A DNA stretch of 51,506 nt from Dehalococcoidia bacterium (GTDB taxonomy: Bacteria > Chloroflexota > Dehalococcoidia > UBA2979), in contig JBJHDC010000004.1 in assembly GCA_050486345.1 (NCBI GenBank), forward strand, positions 1 to 51,506. Direction: 5' to 3'. Within the stretch, counting starts at the first letter, position 1. Each line of letters starts with the position of its first letter. A program made the translations under genes and the position numbers. The notes beneath the pieces were generated by a model. The model saw nothing but the letters and a program-made list of their open reading frames with translations. It had not been told where the DNA came from and searched no databases. Below are positions 9,351-18,194 of this stretch, in pieces.

Positions 9351-10169
9351 CTAGAGGACGATATCGAGCGCCGTACGGGCCGCGACGAAGAAGATGCCGA
9401 TGCCCAGCATGCGCATGAGGATGCCCTCGCCCAGCCGTCGCCGCACCCAGGAGCCCGCCGGACTGGCGAGGATCACGCCGATTCCGAGCCACGGCACGTC
9501 ACGCATCGGATCGTCCGGGCTACCCATGGCGAGGTGGAGCGCGAGCACACAGGTGGTCTGCAGCACGATCACGAAGTGCATCGTGGGCACCGCGATCGCG
9601 TGTGGCACACGCATCACGCGTGTCAGGATCGGCACCCCGATTGGCCCACCACCGATGCCGGTCAGAGCCGCGAGGAATCCAGAGGCGGCGTTGGGTGCGA
9701 TGCTCGTCACCATCGGCACGCGATAGACGAAGCGGTTGCCCTCGCGATCGACACGCTCCCGTCTCCATGCGCGGCGGCGTGTGGGCGTAGCGATCGTGGC
9801 GACGGGACGCATGATCACGTAGGTACCGATCCCAAACAGCAGCACCGCGAACATGAGCGCGAACGCCTCGCGTGGCAGCTGAGTAGCAGCAAACGCGCCG
9901 AGGAGTGCTGCGGGGATGGTGAGTGAGGCCATGGCGAGCCCCACACGATGGTCCACGCGCCGCTCACGGGCGATCAGCGCGGATTGCGCACCGCTGCTCA
10001 GCAAGACCACCGTGAGGGACGCGGCGGTGATCGCGGCCGGATCTGCCTCCGGGTAGCGAATCAGGAGCAGCGGCCCGATCAGGAACCCACCACCCGCGCC
10101 CGTCGCCGAGGCATACGTGCCGATGGCGAAGCCGACGACGATCAGCGCGATCGCGAGTTCAGGACTCAT
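9351..10169 (-). CDS. Sulfite exporter TauE/SafE family membrane protein
   Basis: Two repeats with GAGGG / GIGGG motifs and about 8 hydrophobic segments. Confidence 0.88.
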   Translation of the reverse strand: MSPELAIALIVVGFAIGTYASATGAGGGFLIGPLLLIRYPEADPAAITAASLTVVLLSSGAQSALIARERRVDHRVGLAMASLTIPAALLGAFAATQLPREAFALMFAVLLFGIGTYVIMRPVATIATPTRRRAWRRERVDREGNRFVYRVPMVTSIAPNAASGFLAALTGIGGGPIGVPILTRVMRVPHAIAVPTMHFVIVLQTTCVLALHLAMGSPDDPMRDVPWLGIGVILASPAGSWVRRRLGEGILMRMLGIGIFFVAARTALDIVL

Positions 10170-10266
10170 GGGCGCAGCCTACGCGGCGATCGCTCACGCG
10201 CAACGGTTTCTGTTGCCGCGATGGAATCTGACATCTACAGTAGGCACCACCCTCGCGCTCAGTCTG

Positions 10267-11262
10267 GTGCCGGCCCTGGAACCATTAGAGCTCGCCCGCG
10301 TCAACCTCACGTCGCCTGCCGTCCTTGCCTTCGTTCTGGGTGCACTTTCGGTCGCGATCCGCAGCGATCTGCGGATGCCCGATGCGGTCTACCAGCTGCT
10401 CTCGATGTATCTGCTCCTGGCGGTAGGCCTCAAGGGTGGAGTCGCATTGTCCGGCGCCTCGGTGGGGGACGTACTGGTCCCGGCGGTGGGGGCGGTAGCG
10501 CTGGGTGCGGTCATCCCGCTGGGTGTCTATCCAGCACTCCGTATGCTCGGCCGGCTGAGCATCCACGATTCCGCTTCCATCGCCGCGCACTATGGGTCCG
10601 TGTCCGTGGTTACGTACACCGCAGCGACCGTGTACCTGGCAGGGGCAAACGAGCCGATCGAGGAGTTCCTGCCGGCGCTGCTGGCGTTGATGGAGATCCC
10701 CGGAATCATCGTGGCCCTCGTGCTGGCGCAGTGGCGGCTGGGGTCAAGCCGCGGGCTGGGCGAGGCCGTCCACGAGGTGGTGACCGGGCGCAGCATCGTG
10801 CTCCTGGGCGGCGGGCTGATGATCGGCCTGCTGGCGGGCGCCGAGGGCACCGCGCCGATCGCGCCAGTGTTCGTCGACCTGTTCCAGGGGGTACTGGTGC
10901 TGTTCCTGCTGGAGCTGGGCGTGAACGCCGCGCAGCGCGGTCGCGATGTGCTGCGCGGGGGGCGCTTCCTGGTGAGCTTTGGTGTGATTACGCCGCTGGT
11001 GCTGGGGACGGCCGGCGCCCTGGTGGGCGTGATGGCCGGCCTCTCACCCGGTGGCGCGGCAACGCTCGCGACGCTCTCGGCGAGCGCCTCATACATTGCC
11101 GCACCGGCCGCCGTGCGCATCGCGCTCCCGGAGGCGAATCCGGGGCTGTCGCTGGCGGCGGCGCTGGCCATCACGTTTCCCTTCAACCTCGTCATCGGCA
11201 TTCCCGTGTACCACCAGCTAGCGCAGTGGTTACACGGCTTCGAGTTCCTCACCATCGGCTAG
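10267..11262 (+). CDS. sbtA: Sodium-dependent bicarbonate transporter SbtA family permease
   Basis: SDLRMP, YLLLAVGLKGG, AAHYGSVSVVT, LMEIPGII, SASYIAAPAA and ITFPFN motifs. Start uncertain; GTG 10267 chosen because the ORF-track start overlaps tauE. Confidence 0.9.
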   Translation: MPALEPLELARVNLTSPAVLAFVLGALSVAIRSDLRMPDAVYQLLSMYLLLAVGLKGGVALSGASVGDVLVPAVGAVALGAVIPLGVYPALRMLGRLSIHDSASIAAHYGSVSVVTYTAATVYLAGANEPIEEFLPALLALMEIPGIIVALVLAQWRLGSSRGLGEAVHEVVTGRSIVLLGGGLMIGLLAGAEGTAPIAPVFVDLFQGVLVLFLLELGVNAAQRGRDVLRGGRFLVSFGVITPLVLGTAGALVGVMAGLSPGGAATLATLSASASYIAAPAAVRIALPEANPGLSLAAALAITFPFNLVIGIPVYHQLAQWLHGFEFLTIG

Positions 11263-11327
11263 ACGGTGCGCACGATCGGGTAGGCTGGCGATATCAGCGC
11301 GCGTGGTGGAGGCAGGCAGGCACGCAG

Positions 11328-11642
11328 ATGACAACTGAACCCATGACGCTCCTCACTATCGTGGCTGAAGAGGTGCTGGAGCAGCGATTGATTCGCGATA
11401 TGCACCAGCACGGGATCGCCGGTTACACCATCACACGCGCCCGTGGCGAGGGCGCACGCGGCATGCGAGAAGGTGCGGCAGGCTCGAACATTCGTGTGGA
11501 GACGGTCACCACTGACGAGCTGGCGAACACATTGCTCGAGCACCTGCATGCCACGTACTTCACCAACTACGCGATCGTGGCATGGCTCGCCGAGGTCCGT
11601 GTGGCGCGCCCGGAGAAATACCGCCCAGCCCCCGGGGGCTGA
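11328..11642 (+). CDS. sbtB: PII-like signalling protein SbtB
   Basis: LLTIVAEEVLEQRL...GYTITRARGEGARG...NIRVETV...YFTNYAIVAW...VRVARPEKY, immediately after sbtA. Confidence 0.88.
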   Translation: MTTEPMTLLTIVAEEVLEQRLIRDMHQHGIAGYTITRARGEGARGMREGAAGSNIRVETVTTDELANTLLEHLHATYFTNYAIVAWLAEVRVARPEKYRPAPGG

Positions 11643-11661
11643 GCGGTAGCTGGCCTCCGGC

Positions 11662-13374
11662 CTAGACGTCCATCCACGCCTCCGTGCGGTACATGACGTG
11701 GGTGGACGCGGCGTTGATTTCCCAATCGTGCACGTAGTTCCAGCGCAGGTTCTGCACTGTGCGGGTGTTCAGCTGTAGGAACCGCCCGTACCGGGCTAGG
11801 ATCTCGCGCTGAATCTGCTTCACGATCTCGACGTTCGCGTCGAAGTCGAGTGTGATCTCCGATTCCTCGATCATCGCGTCGACCTCCGGGTCGCGGAGGT
11901 TCATCTTGCTGATGATCGTTTGCGGGTCCGAGTGGTGCCAGCGGAGCTGCATCTGCGGGCTATCAAATGCCGGGTGGGTGTTGACGGACATATCGAAGTT
12001 GCCCGTGTTCATCACCGGGCCCAGGTACTCAGAGAACTGGATCAACTGGATCTCCGCCTGGATGCCGACCTCTGTTAGCTGGCGCTCAAGGACCTGGACA
12101 CCGCCCTCTGTGCGCGCGCCGTTGAAGGTCACCAGCTCGTAGCGGTGGTCGAAGTCGAAGCCGGCGGCCTCCAACAACTGGCGAGCCTCGGCCGGGTCAT
12201 GTCGCCAGTACTCGGCCACTTCGGACTCATCGAGCTGGTAGCTCTCCAGTCCCACTGCGAGGAACCCCGGGGCGGGGACGGCACGGCCGTTGTCGACCAG
12301 GTCCACGAACTGCTGTTTGTTCAGGAGCCGGTAGTAGGCCTCACGTGCGCGAATGTCGTCCCACTGCTCACGCTCAGCGGACATTCCGGTCGTGTAATTT
12401 TCGAGGCCCATGTATTCCTCGATCACGATCCGGTCACCGAGGTCGTTCGCCAGGCGGTCGGCAAACTCCGCGGAGGGCGCGACGTGAACGTGGACCTGCT
12501 CGCTGCGGAAGGCAGATTCCTGCGCGGCGCCGTCCGTGAGGTCGAAGACGATGCGCTCATCGATGTACGGGCGGTTCTGCCCAGCCTCGCGGAAGGTGGG
12601 GTTGCGCCGGTAAACGAATCGCGCGCCCCACTGGTACTCGGCGAGCTGGTACGGTCCGGACCCCACAGGCTCGATGCTCTCCATGTCCTCGAGCCGCTCG
12701 CGCGGGACGATGGAGAAGTTCCCCGGGTGCCCCATCTGCGTGCTGGTGAAGAGATAGGCGTTGGGCCGGTTGAGCGTGAAGACCACCGTGCGATCGTCCG
12801 GTGCCTCGACAGAAGCCATGGAGTTGAGCTGGAAGGAGTTATTGTGTGCTCCCTCCGCCTCGCGCGTGTAGAGCTGCATCTCCACAATGTCGTCCGCGAC
12901 CACCGCGCGACCGTCCACAGGTGGCAGATCCTGGAACACCATTCCTTCCTTGAGGTGGAAGATCACCGTCGTGTCATCCGGGACTTCGACATCCTGCGCT
13001 GCCTCCATCACGTAGGCACGCTCGTCGAGGCGGGGTGAGAACAACCGGTCATATGTGTGGAAACCGGACATCACGTGGCCCTCGTGCCAGCTGGTGACCG
13101 GGTTGAAGTTCTGGACCGGCGTCGTGGTCATGATCGTTCCCAGCGTTCCGCCCTGTCTCGGCCCGCCATCGGGAGCAGTGGTGGTGGGGGCTGTGGTGCC
13201 ACTCGGCGGTGCCGTGCCCGCGCCGGGCGGCTGTGTCGCCGTGGGTTCCTCTTCATCGTCGCCGCAGCCGATGATGGCGGCACCAAGCAATCCACTACCC
13301 GCAATCGCGCCACCTCGCAGCGCGCTGCGGCGGCTGAGGCGCTTGTTCATCGGTCGTTTCCAGTAGTCAGTCAT
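11662..13374 (-). CDS. ABC transporter substrate-binding protein, family 5 (Tat-exported lipoprotein)
   Basis: SRRSALRG twin-arginine signal, lipobox AIIGC, Thr/Pro linker, PVGSGPY motif. RBS AGGAGGGA upstream of ATG 13374. Confidence 0.9.
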   Translation of the reverse strand: MTDYWKRPMNKRLSRRSALRGGAIAGSGLLGAAIIGCGDDEEEPTATQPPGAGTAPPSGTTAPTTTAPDGGPRQGGTLGTIMTTTPVQNFNPVTSWHEGHVMSGFHTYDRLFSPRLDERAYVMEAAQDVEVPDDTTVIFHLKEGMVFQDLPPVDGRAVVADDIVEMQLYTREAEGAHNNSFQLNSMASVEAPDDRTVVFTLNRPNAYLFTSTQMGHPGNFSIVPRERLEDMESIEPVGSGPYQLAEYQWGARFVYRRNPTFREAGQNRPYIDERIVFDLTDGAAQESAFRSEQVHVHVAPSAEFADRLANDLGDRIVIEEYMGLENYTTGMSAEREQWDDIRAREAYYRLLNKQQFVDLVDNGRAVPAPGFLAVGLESYQLDESEVAEYWRHDPAEARQLLEAAGFDFDHRYELVTFNGARTEGGVQVLERQLTEVGIQAEIQLIQFSEYLGPVMNTGNFDMSVNTHPAFDSPQMQLRWHHSDPQTIISKMNLRDPEVDAMIEESEITLDFDANVEIVKQIQREILARYGRFLQLNTRTVQNLRWNYVHDWEINAASTHVMYRTEAWMDV

Positions 13375-13392
13375 TGCCATTCCCTCCTGTAC

Positions 13393-13406
13393 ATCACGAT
13401 TGTGAT
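13393..13406. promoter_or_regulatory. Palindromic putative operator upstream of the SBP gene
   Basis: ATCAC-GATT-GTGAT within an AT-rich patch next to the RBS. Confidence 0.4.
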
Positions 13407-13448
13407 AATACAAATGAGCCGTTCCCCACTCCTCGGGTAAGGGATGGT

Positions 13449-14615
13449 TTAGATCAGCCCGTACATCCTGTTGAGATTTGCCATGTGAGCGGGATCGAGG
13501 TCCCGCTCGACGAGGCCGGGGTGGTTTGATGGGTAGCGGTAGGAGCGGAACAGCGACCCGGTGTGCGGACCCCGCGGGCGGGAGACGTAGATCGGGTTCC
13601 ACCACTCCCACGCGGGCTCACCACTGCGGGTGACCTCCAGCAGACGTCCCGAGGTGCCCTCGCACACCAGCACGTTGCCGCCCTCCAGCCGCGCCGCACC
13701 GGAGATGTGGCCGCTAAAGAACTGCTCGCGCGGTGTGCCTTCGTATCTCCACACCACCTCGCTCTTCGTGGGATCGACCTCGATCACACTCGACGTGGAG
13801 AGGGCGCCAACGCGGTGCATGCCGTTGTCGAAGATCTGAACATGGTCTGGCCCCACCCAGGTCGCGTGGTGCTGGTGCGCCGTGTTCGGGGAGCCGTACT
13901 TCCAGGTCATCTCCCCGGATGCACCATCGATAATCGCGACGCGGCTGTTGTTGCGGCAGGAGATCACGATGTCCCCTGCTGGGTTCACGTCCACACTGTT
14001 GATGTGGGTCCACTCGTGCCGTGCCTCCAGGGGGCAAATAGGGTCACGGCGAGGGTCGAAGAGTTCCCACGTGTGAATCCGGCGCACCTCGTTGCCCTGG
14101 GGATCCACCTCGACCAGATCGTCACCGACGAGGGGCATGCGCGGCTCCCGAGGTGGCCGGAAGCCGCCCCGGATCTGGCGGCTGAGGTCCTCCGAGAGCT
14201 CGACACACGAGATGTACATCACGTTGCCGTTGTCGAAGCGGTGGTAGTCGTGATGCATGGTGGGGTCGCGGTGCTCCCACAGCACCTCGCCCTCCCAGTT
14301 CACCTCGCGAAGCACGGAGTTGTTGCCACCGAAGCGGCGGATGCGTACCTCGAACGGTGGCGTGCCTTGGTCCTGCTCGGGCGGGGGCGGCTGTAGCGAG
14401 CGCTCCAGGCCCATGAGGATGAGGTTGCCGTTGCCCATCAGCTTCGGGTTCCAGACTTGGATGTCATCAAACTGCCACTGGTGGACGAAGCGGCCGTTCA
14501 TGTCCACCAGGTAGCAGGCGTTACCGTAGAGCGGCGTCACCAGGGTGTAGCCCTTCACCGACAGTTGCGGCCGGTGGTAGGTAAGCCCGAACTGCTGCGC
14601 GACCGACCAACCCAT
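13449..14615 (-). CDS. Arylsulfotransferase (ASST) family beta-propeller protein
   Basis: HHD, WTHINS, HQHHA, FDNG and SGAARLEGGNVLVCEG motifs typical of ASST. Confidence 0.85.
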   Translation of the reverse strand: MGWSVAQQFGLTYHRPQLSVKGYTLVTPLYGNACYLVDMNGRFVHQWQFDDIQVWNPKLMGNGNLILMGLERSLQPPPPEQDQGTPPFEVRIRRFGGNNSVLREVNWEGEVLWEHRDPTMHHDYHRFDNGNVMYISCVELSEDLSRQIRGGFRPPREPRMPLVGDDLVEVDPQGNEVRRIHTWELFDPRRDPICPLEARHEWTHINSVDVNPAGDIVISCRNNSRVAIIDGASGEMTWKYGSPNTAHQHHATWVGPDHVQIFDNGMHRVGALSTSSVIEVDPTKSEVVWRYEGTPREQFFSGHISGAARLEGGNVLVCEGTSGRLLEVTRSGEPAWEWWNPIYVSRPRGPHTGSLFRSYRYPSNHPGLVERDLDPAHMANLNRMYGLI

Positions 14616-14652
14616 CGTTCCTCCTCTTCCACCACAAGCCGTGCGTGGAGCG

Positions 14653-15501
14653 CTAGATCACGTCCAGATCGTTTGCCGCCACCAGTTCGCCGCCGTACGC
14701 GGCGCGGACCTCGGCGATGATGTCGTCCATCGTTCCGCCCATGAGGAGCGTGTGCGTGAGCACCAGCACTCCGGGCTGAGCGCTCTGAGCGAGCTCGCCG
14801 AGGTCCGGGCCCGAGGTGTGGAAGGCCGAGTGGTATGCCTGCCACTCCGGCGTGCGCTGCTTGAGGCCTTCGGCGTAGTACACCTCGTGGACCAGCACGT
14901 CACAGCCCGTGGCCTGCCGCTCGAGTTCCGCGCACCTCGTCGTGTCGCCGGAGATCACCACGGTGCGGTCGGGGCCGGTGACCTTGTAGCCGTAGGCGAC
15001 ATCCCAGTCACCGTGATCGACGAGGAACGCCTCCACCGTGACCAGTTCGTCCTCGAACACCACGCCCGGCTCCACGTCGTGTGCGTCGATGACACAGCCG
15101 CGGGGGTTGGCCGGCTCCTTGCCCTCCAGGCGGATGTGGACGTCGCTCTCGTAGGCGGCCGTAACGTGCTCGGCCATGGCGGCGGTGCGGGGCGGACCAT
15201 AGAGGTGCAGCGGTTCGTCGCGCCCGACTGTCCACGGCGTCAGCCAGAGGTCGGGTAGGCCGGCGGTGTGATCGTGGTGGAGGTGGGTCGCGAACGCGTG
15301 TGACAGACGACGTGGTTCGAGGCCGGTGATGCCATTCATTGCTGCCTGGGAAGCGCGGCGCACGACGCCCGGGCCGAAGTCAAAGAGGTAGGAGCGGTCA
15401 TCGACCACCACCGCAGTGCACGGTCCGGAACGGTCCGGCGTGGGATTCGGCATTCCCGTTCCCAGGGTCACCACGCGCGTGCGAGGAGTCGCCGGGCTCA
15501 T
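14653..15501 (-). CDS. MBL-fold metallo-hydrolase (RNase Z/arylsulfatase-like)
   Basis: LGTG, FDFGPG, THLHHDH, SGDT, DVLVHE, HTS and LTH motifs. Confidence 0.88.
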   Translation of the reverse strand: MSPATPRTRVVTLGTGMPNPTPDRSGPCTAVVVDDRSYLFDFGPGVVRRASQAAMNGITGLEPRRLSHAFATHLHHDHTAGLPDLWLTPWTVGRDEPLHLYGPPRTAAMAEHVTAAYESDVHIRLEGKEPANPRGCVIDAHDVEPGVVFEDELVTVEAFLVDHGDWDVAYGYKVTGPDRTVVISGDTTRCAELERQATGCDVLVHEVYYAEGLKQRTPEWQAYHSAFHTSGPDLGELAQSAQPGVLVLTHTLLMGGTMDDIIAEVRAAYGGELVAANDLDVI

Positions 15502-15745
15502 CTGGTGATGTCCCCTCGTGCGTCGAGCGAGCTGAGGTCGAATGGGCGCGCCATTTGCGGTGCTCCTCCCCGTATCATCTATGTGGTACGCGGGAGTGTG
15601 GCGGACTAGCTCGCGCGTATCAACGAACCAATGAGGTAGGGATTTTGTGATCGCCGTTCGCAGATGGCAGTACGCTGACCGAGGGCGACTGCCTGGCTGA
15701 ACGGTCGTGCAGTTCTGTCGACGGGTGCCGTGAGAGGAGAGCCGA

Positions 15746-16276
15746 ATGCAAATCTCCTCGCGTAGTGACTACGCGGTGCGTGCGTTGCTGCAGCTCGCCA
15801 TGCTCCCGGACGGTGAGGCGGCGCCGCTCGCCGAGGTCGCGACGCGCACCAACATCCCCCACAAGTACCTGGAGCGGATCTTTCGCGTGCTCCGCGAGGC
15901 GGGGCTGCTGGACGCGCGTCGAGGCCACTCCGGCGGCTATGTACTGGCCCGCCCGGCCCCCGAAATTACGATCGGCGAGGTGATCCGCATCCTCGATGGT
16001 CCGCTCGCGCCGATGCGATGCGCAGGCGATGAGGAGTACGCTCCCTGCCCGGAGTACCTGTGCCCCAATGAGGCGACCTGTGTGCTGCGGGACGTCTGGT
16101 TGGACGTGCGGGATGCTATCTCCAGCGTTCTGGACGAAACGACCTTTGCAGATCTCGCGCATCGCCAGCTCAGTCAGCCAGGTGAGACGGTGGCGGTCAT
16201 CGACATCTATGCGCAGCCACCGGAGGCGCGCCGCCGCCATTGGGCACGGCGGTCGTCGTCGCTGGATCAGCCGTAG
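15746..16276 (+). CDS. Rrf2 family transcriptional regulator (IscR/CymR-like)
   Basis: DYAVRALLQLA, YLERIF, RGHSGGYVLAR, IGEVIRILDG and a Cys cluster (RC...PC...LC...TC). Confidence 0.93.
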   Translation: MQISSRSDYAVRALLQLAMLPDGEAAPLAEVATRTNIPHKYLERIFRVLREAGLLDARRGHSGGYVLARPAPEITIGEVIRILDGPLAPMRCAGDEEYAPCPEYLCPNEATCVLRDVWLDVRDAISSVLDETTFADLAHRQLSQPGETVAVIDIYAQPPEARRRHWARRSSSLDQP

Positions 16277-16288
16277 GCGGGCTGCCCC

Positions 16289-17089
16289 CTACTCCCCGCG
16301 GAAGACCGGGTCGCGCTTCTCCACGAAGGATGCGAAGCCCTCGGTGGCGTCCGCCGTTACCCGCATGCGCGACTGGTAGGCCCATTCCTGCTCTAAGAAG
16401 TCGCGCATGCCCGTGTCCGTGGCCTGGATGAGCAGCCGGCGGACCGAGGTGTACGCAAGCGGCGGACCGGCAGCGATGCGCCGGGCGAATGCCGTCGCCT
16501 CCTCCATCAGGAGGTCGTCGGCGTAGACGCGGTTCACCAGCCCGATCTCCAGCGCGCGCTTCGAGTCCACGACGTCGCCGAGGTAGGCGAGCTCGAAGGC
16601 CTGCGCCGGTCCCACGATGCGTGGGAGCCAGTAAGACACCCCGTAGTCGGTCGAGAGGCCGCGTTTCACGAACACCGTGCCCAGCCGGGCGGACTCCGAG
16701 GCGAACCGTACATCGCATGCAAGGGCCAGGCCGAGGCCCGCACCCGCTGCAGCGCCGTTGACGGCGGCGATCAAGGGAACATCGCACTCCCGCATCGCCA
16801 TCGGGATGCGGCCGGCGATGCTCAGCGCGTCCATGCGCGCGTGCCGGGAGCGCTCGGCTGGCTTGTCTCGATCGTCGTTGTGGCTGACCGCGTCCGCACC
16901 GGCGCAGAATGCGCGGCCGGTGCCAGTGAGGATCACCGCCCGCACCTCGTCGCTGCTGTTCGCTGTATCCAGCGCACCCAGCAGGCCGCCGGTGATCGTG
17001 GGGGTGAGCGCGTTCATGCGCTCGGGACGGTCGATGGTGATCGTCATGACCCCGTGGTCATCGATGTCGACGTGCAGATCATCAGCCAT
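16289..17089 (-). CDS. Enoyl-CoA hydratase/isomerase family protein (PaaG-like)
   Basis: RPERMNAL, GRAFCAGAD, VNGAAAGAGLGLALACD and GLSTDYG (Asp-type, lacking the two crotonase Glu residues). Start at MADDLH. Confidence 0.9.
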   Translation of the reverse strand: MADDLHVDIDDHGVMTITIDRPERMNALTPTITGGLLGALDTANSSDEVRAVILTGTGRAFCAGADAVSHNDDRDKPAERSRHARMDALSIAGRIPMAMRECDVPLIAAVNGAAAGAGLGLALACDVRFASESARLGTVFVKRGLSTDYGVSYWLPRIVGPAQAFELAYLGDVVDSKRALEIGLVNRVYADDLLMEEATAFARRIAAGPPLAYTSVRRLLIQATDTGMRDFLEQEWAYQSRMRVTADATEGFASFVEKRDPVFRGE

Positions 17090-17248
17090 GGGGGACTCCG
17101 TGGATACTGTGGGCGAGCGTGGCTCGCGTCGGCCGGCCAGATCGCGGGCCGCGCAGCCGGACGATACCACGCTGTGGCCGGTCATCGGGCCGCAAGCCTG
17201 GCCTCACGTGGGGGCGATACGATAGAGGATGAACGGGCGGAGGCACCG

Positions 17249-17797
17249 ATGGCAAACCTGACAGATGCAGTGCAATCCCTGGCGGTTCTCGATCGCTATG
17301 GAGCGGAGATCCCGCTGGCACCGTTGTGGGCGGACACGCCCGTCGTTCTCGTCCTCGTGCGGCACTTTGGCTGCCAGTTCTGCCGCGAGCAGGTTGCGGA
17401 CATGCGTCACATCCGCTCGCAGGTCGAGGCCGCCGGCGCGCGCCTCGTGATCATCGGCAACGGCACACCCCCCATGCTGGATGCGTTCATCGAGGACTTC
17501 GGTGGCGACCTGGAGCATGTGTATACGGACCCGTCCCGGGCTGTGTATGACGCACTGGGCGCGCGCAGCGGAAGCGTGCTGTTCATGTTCGACCCGCGCA
17601 TCTGGCTGAACACCATCCGCTCCCTGAGGCAGGGCGCACGCCCGGGCCGCACGCGTGGCGATGCCTCGCAGCTGGGCGGAGTGTGGGTTGCCCGAGCGGG
17701 TGGCGACGTGGTCTTCGAGCATCGCAGCGACGTGGCCGGCGACCACCCGGCCAACGACGACATCATCGCAGCCCTGCCGAGCGCGGCTGCTGTCTAG
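17249..17797 (+). CDS. Peroxiredoxin-like (AhpC/TSA-2, PRXL2/SelL-related) redox protein
   Basis: RHFGCQFCRE CxxC, YTDPSR and QLGGVWV motifs. RBS GGAGG before ATG 17249. Confidence 0.85.
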   Translation: MANLTDAVQSLAVLDRYGAEIPLAPLWADTPVVLVLVRHFGCQFCREQVADMRHIRSQVEAAGARLVIIGNGTPPMLDAFIEDFGGDLEHVYTDPSRAVYDALGARSGSVLFMFDPRIWLNTIRSLRQGARPGRTRGDASQLGGVWVARAGGDVVFEHRSDVAGDHPANDDIIAALPSAAAV

Positions 17798-18042
17798 GTT
17801 TCATTCGCATGCGAGCAGGCAGTTTCGGTGCGCATCGAGGGCGCTCGGGGGAGCATCCCCAGCGGACGCCGCTCCGCGTACGATCGATTACGATTGTGTT
17901 CTACCGATGAAACGCGACGTTGCAAGAATTTCAATGCTGGGGGAGTTGGAAGTACTCGCAGCCGGCGTCTGAGGCGGTACATTCTCGCCAGGGTTCATGC
18001 CGTGATTGCGGCAGGCTCGCTCAGTCTCCAAGCATCGAGCCA

Positions 18043-18162
18043 CGAGGTGCGGCGCGATGCGCTCGGCGTTCCTGGGGCACCCACCGGGGTTCGTTGCGTG
18101 GGCCAGGGATCCGCGAGAGGCTTGGGTTCGCTGCTGGGCACCCGCCAGCACTCCGCACCTCG
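18043..18162. other. Candidate structured non-coding element (multi-stem)
   Basis: Perfect 10-bp closing stem CGAGGTGCGG/CCGCACCTCG enclosing further stems, inside a ~400-nt intergenic gap. Confidence 0.35.
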
Positions 18163-18194
18163 GACCACATCGCAACTGGGCGCTAGGCTAATAC

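Noticed and set aside
9948-11327. 564-aa ORF 9948..11642
   Set aside because: Only the last 104 aa (SbtB) look real; the upstream part overlaps tauE and sbtA in another frame.
17249-17797. Possible selenoprotein (the family often has Sec in its CxxC motif)
   Set aside because: Both positions are TGC Cys codons; no in-frame TGA.
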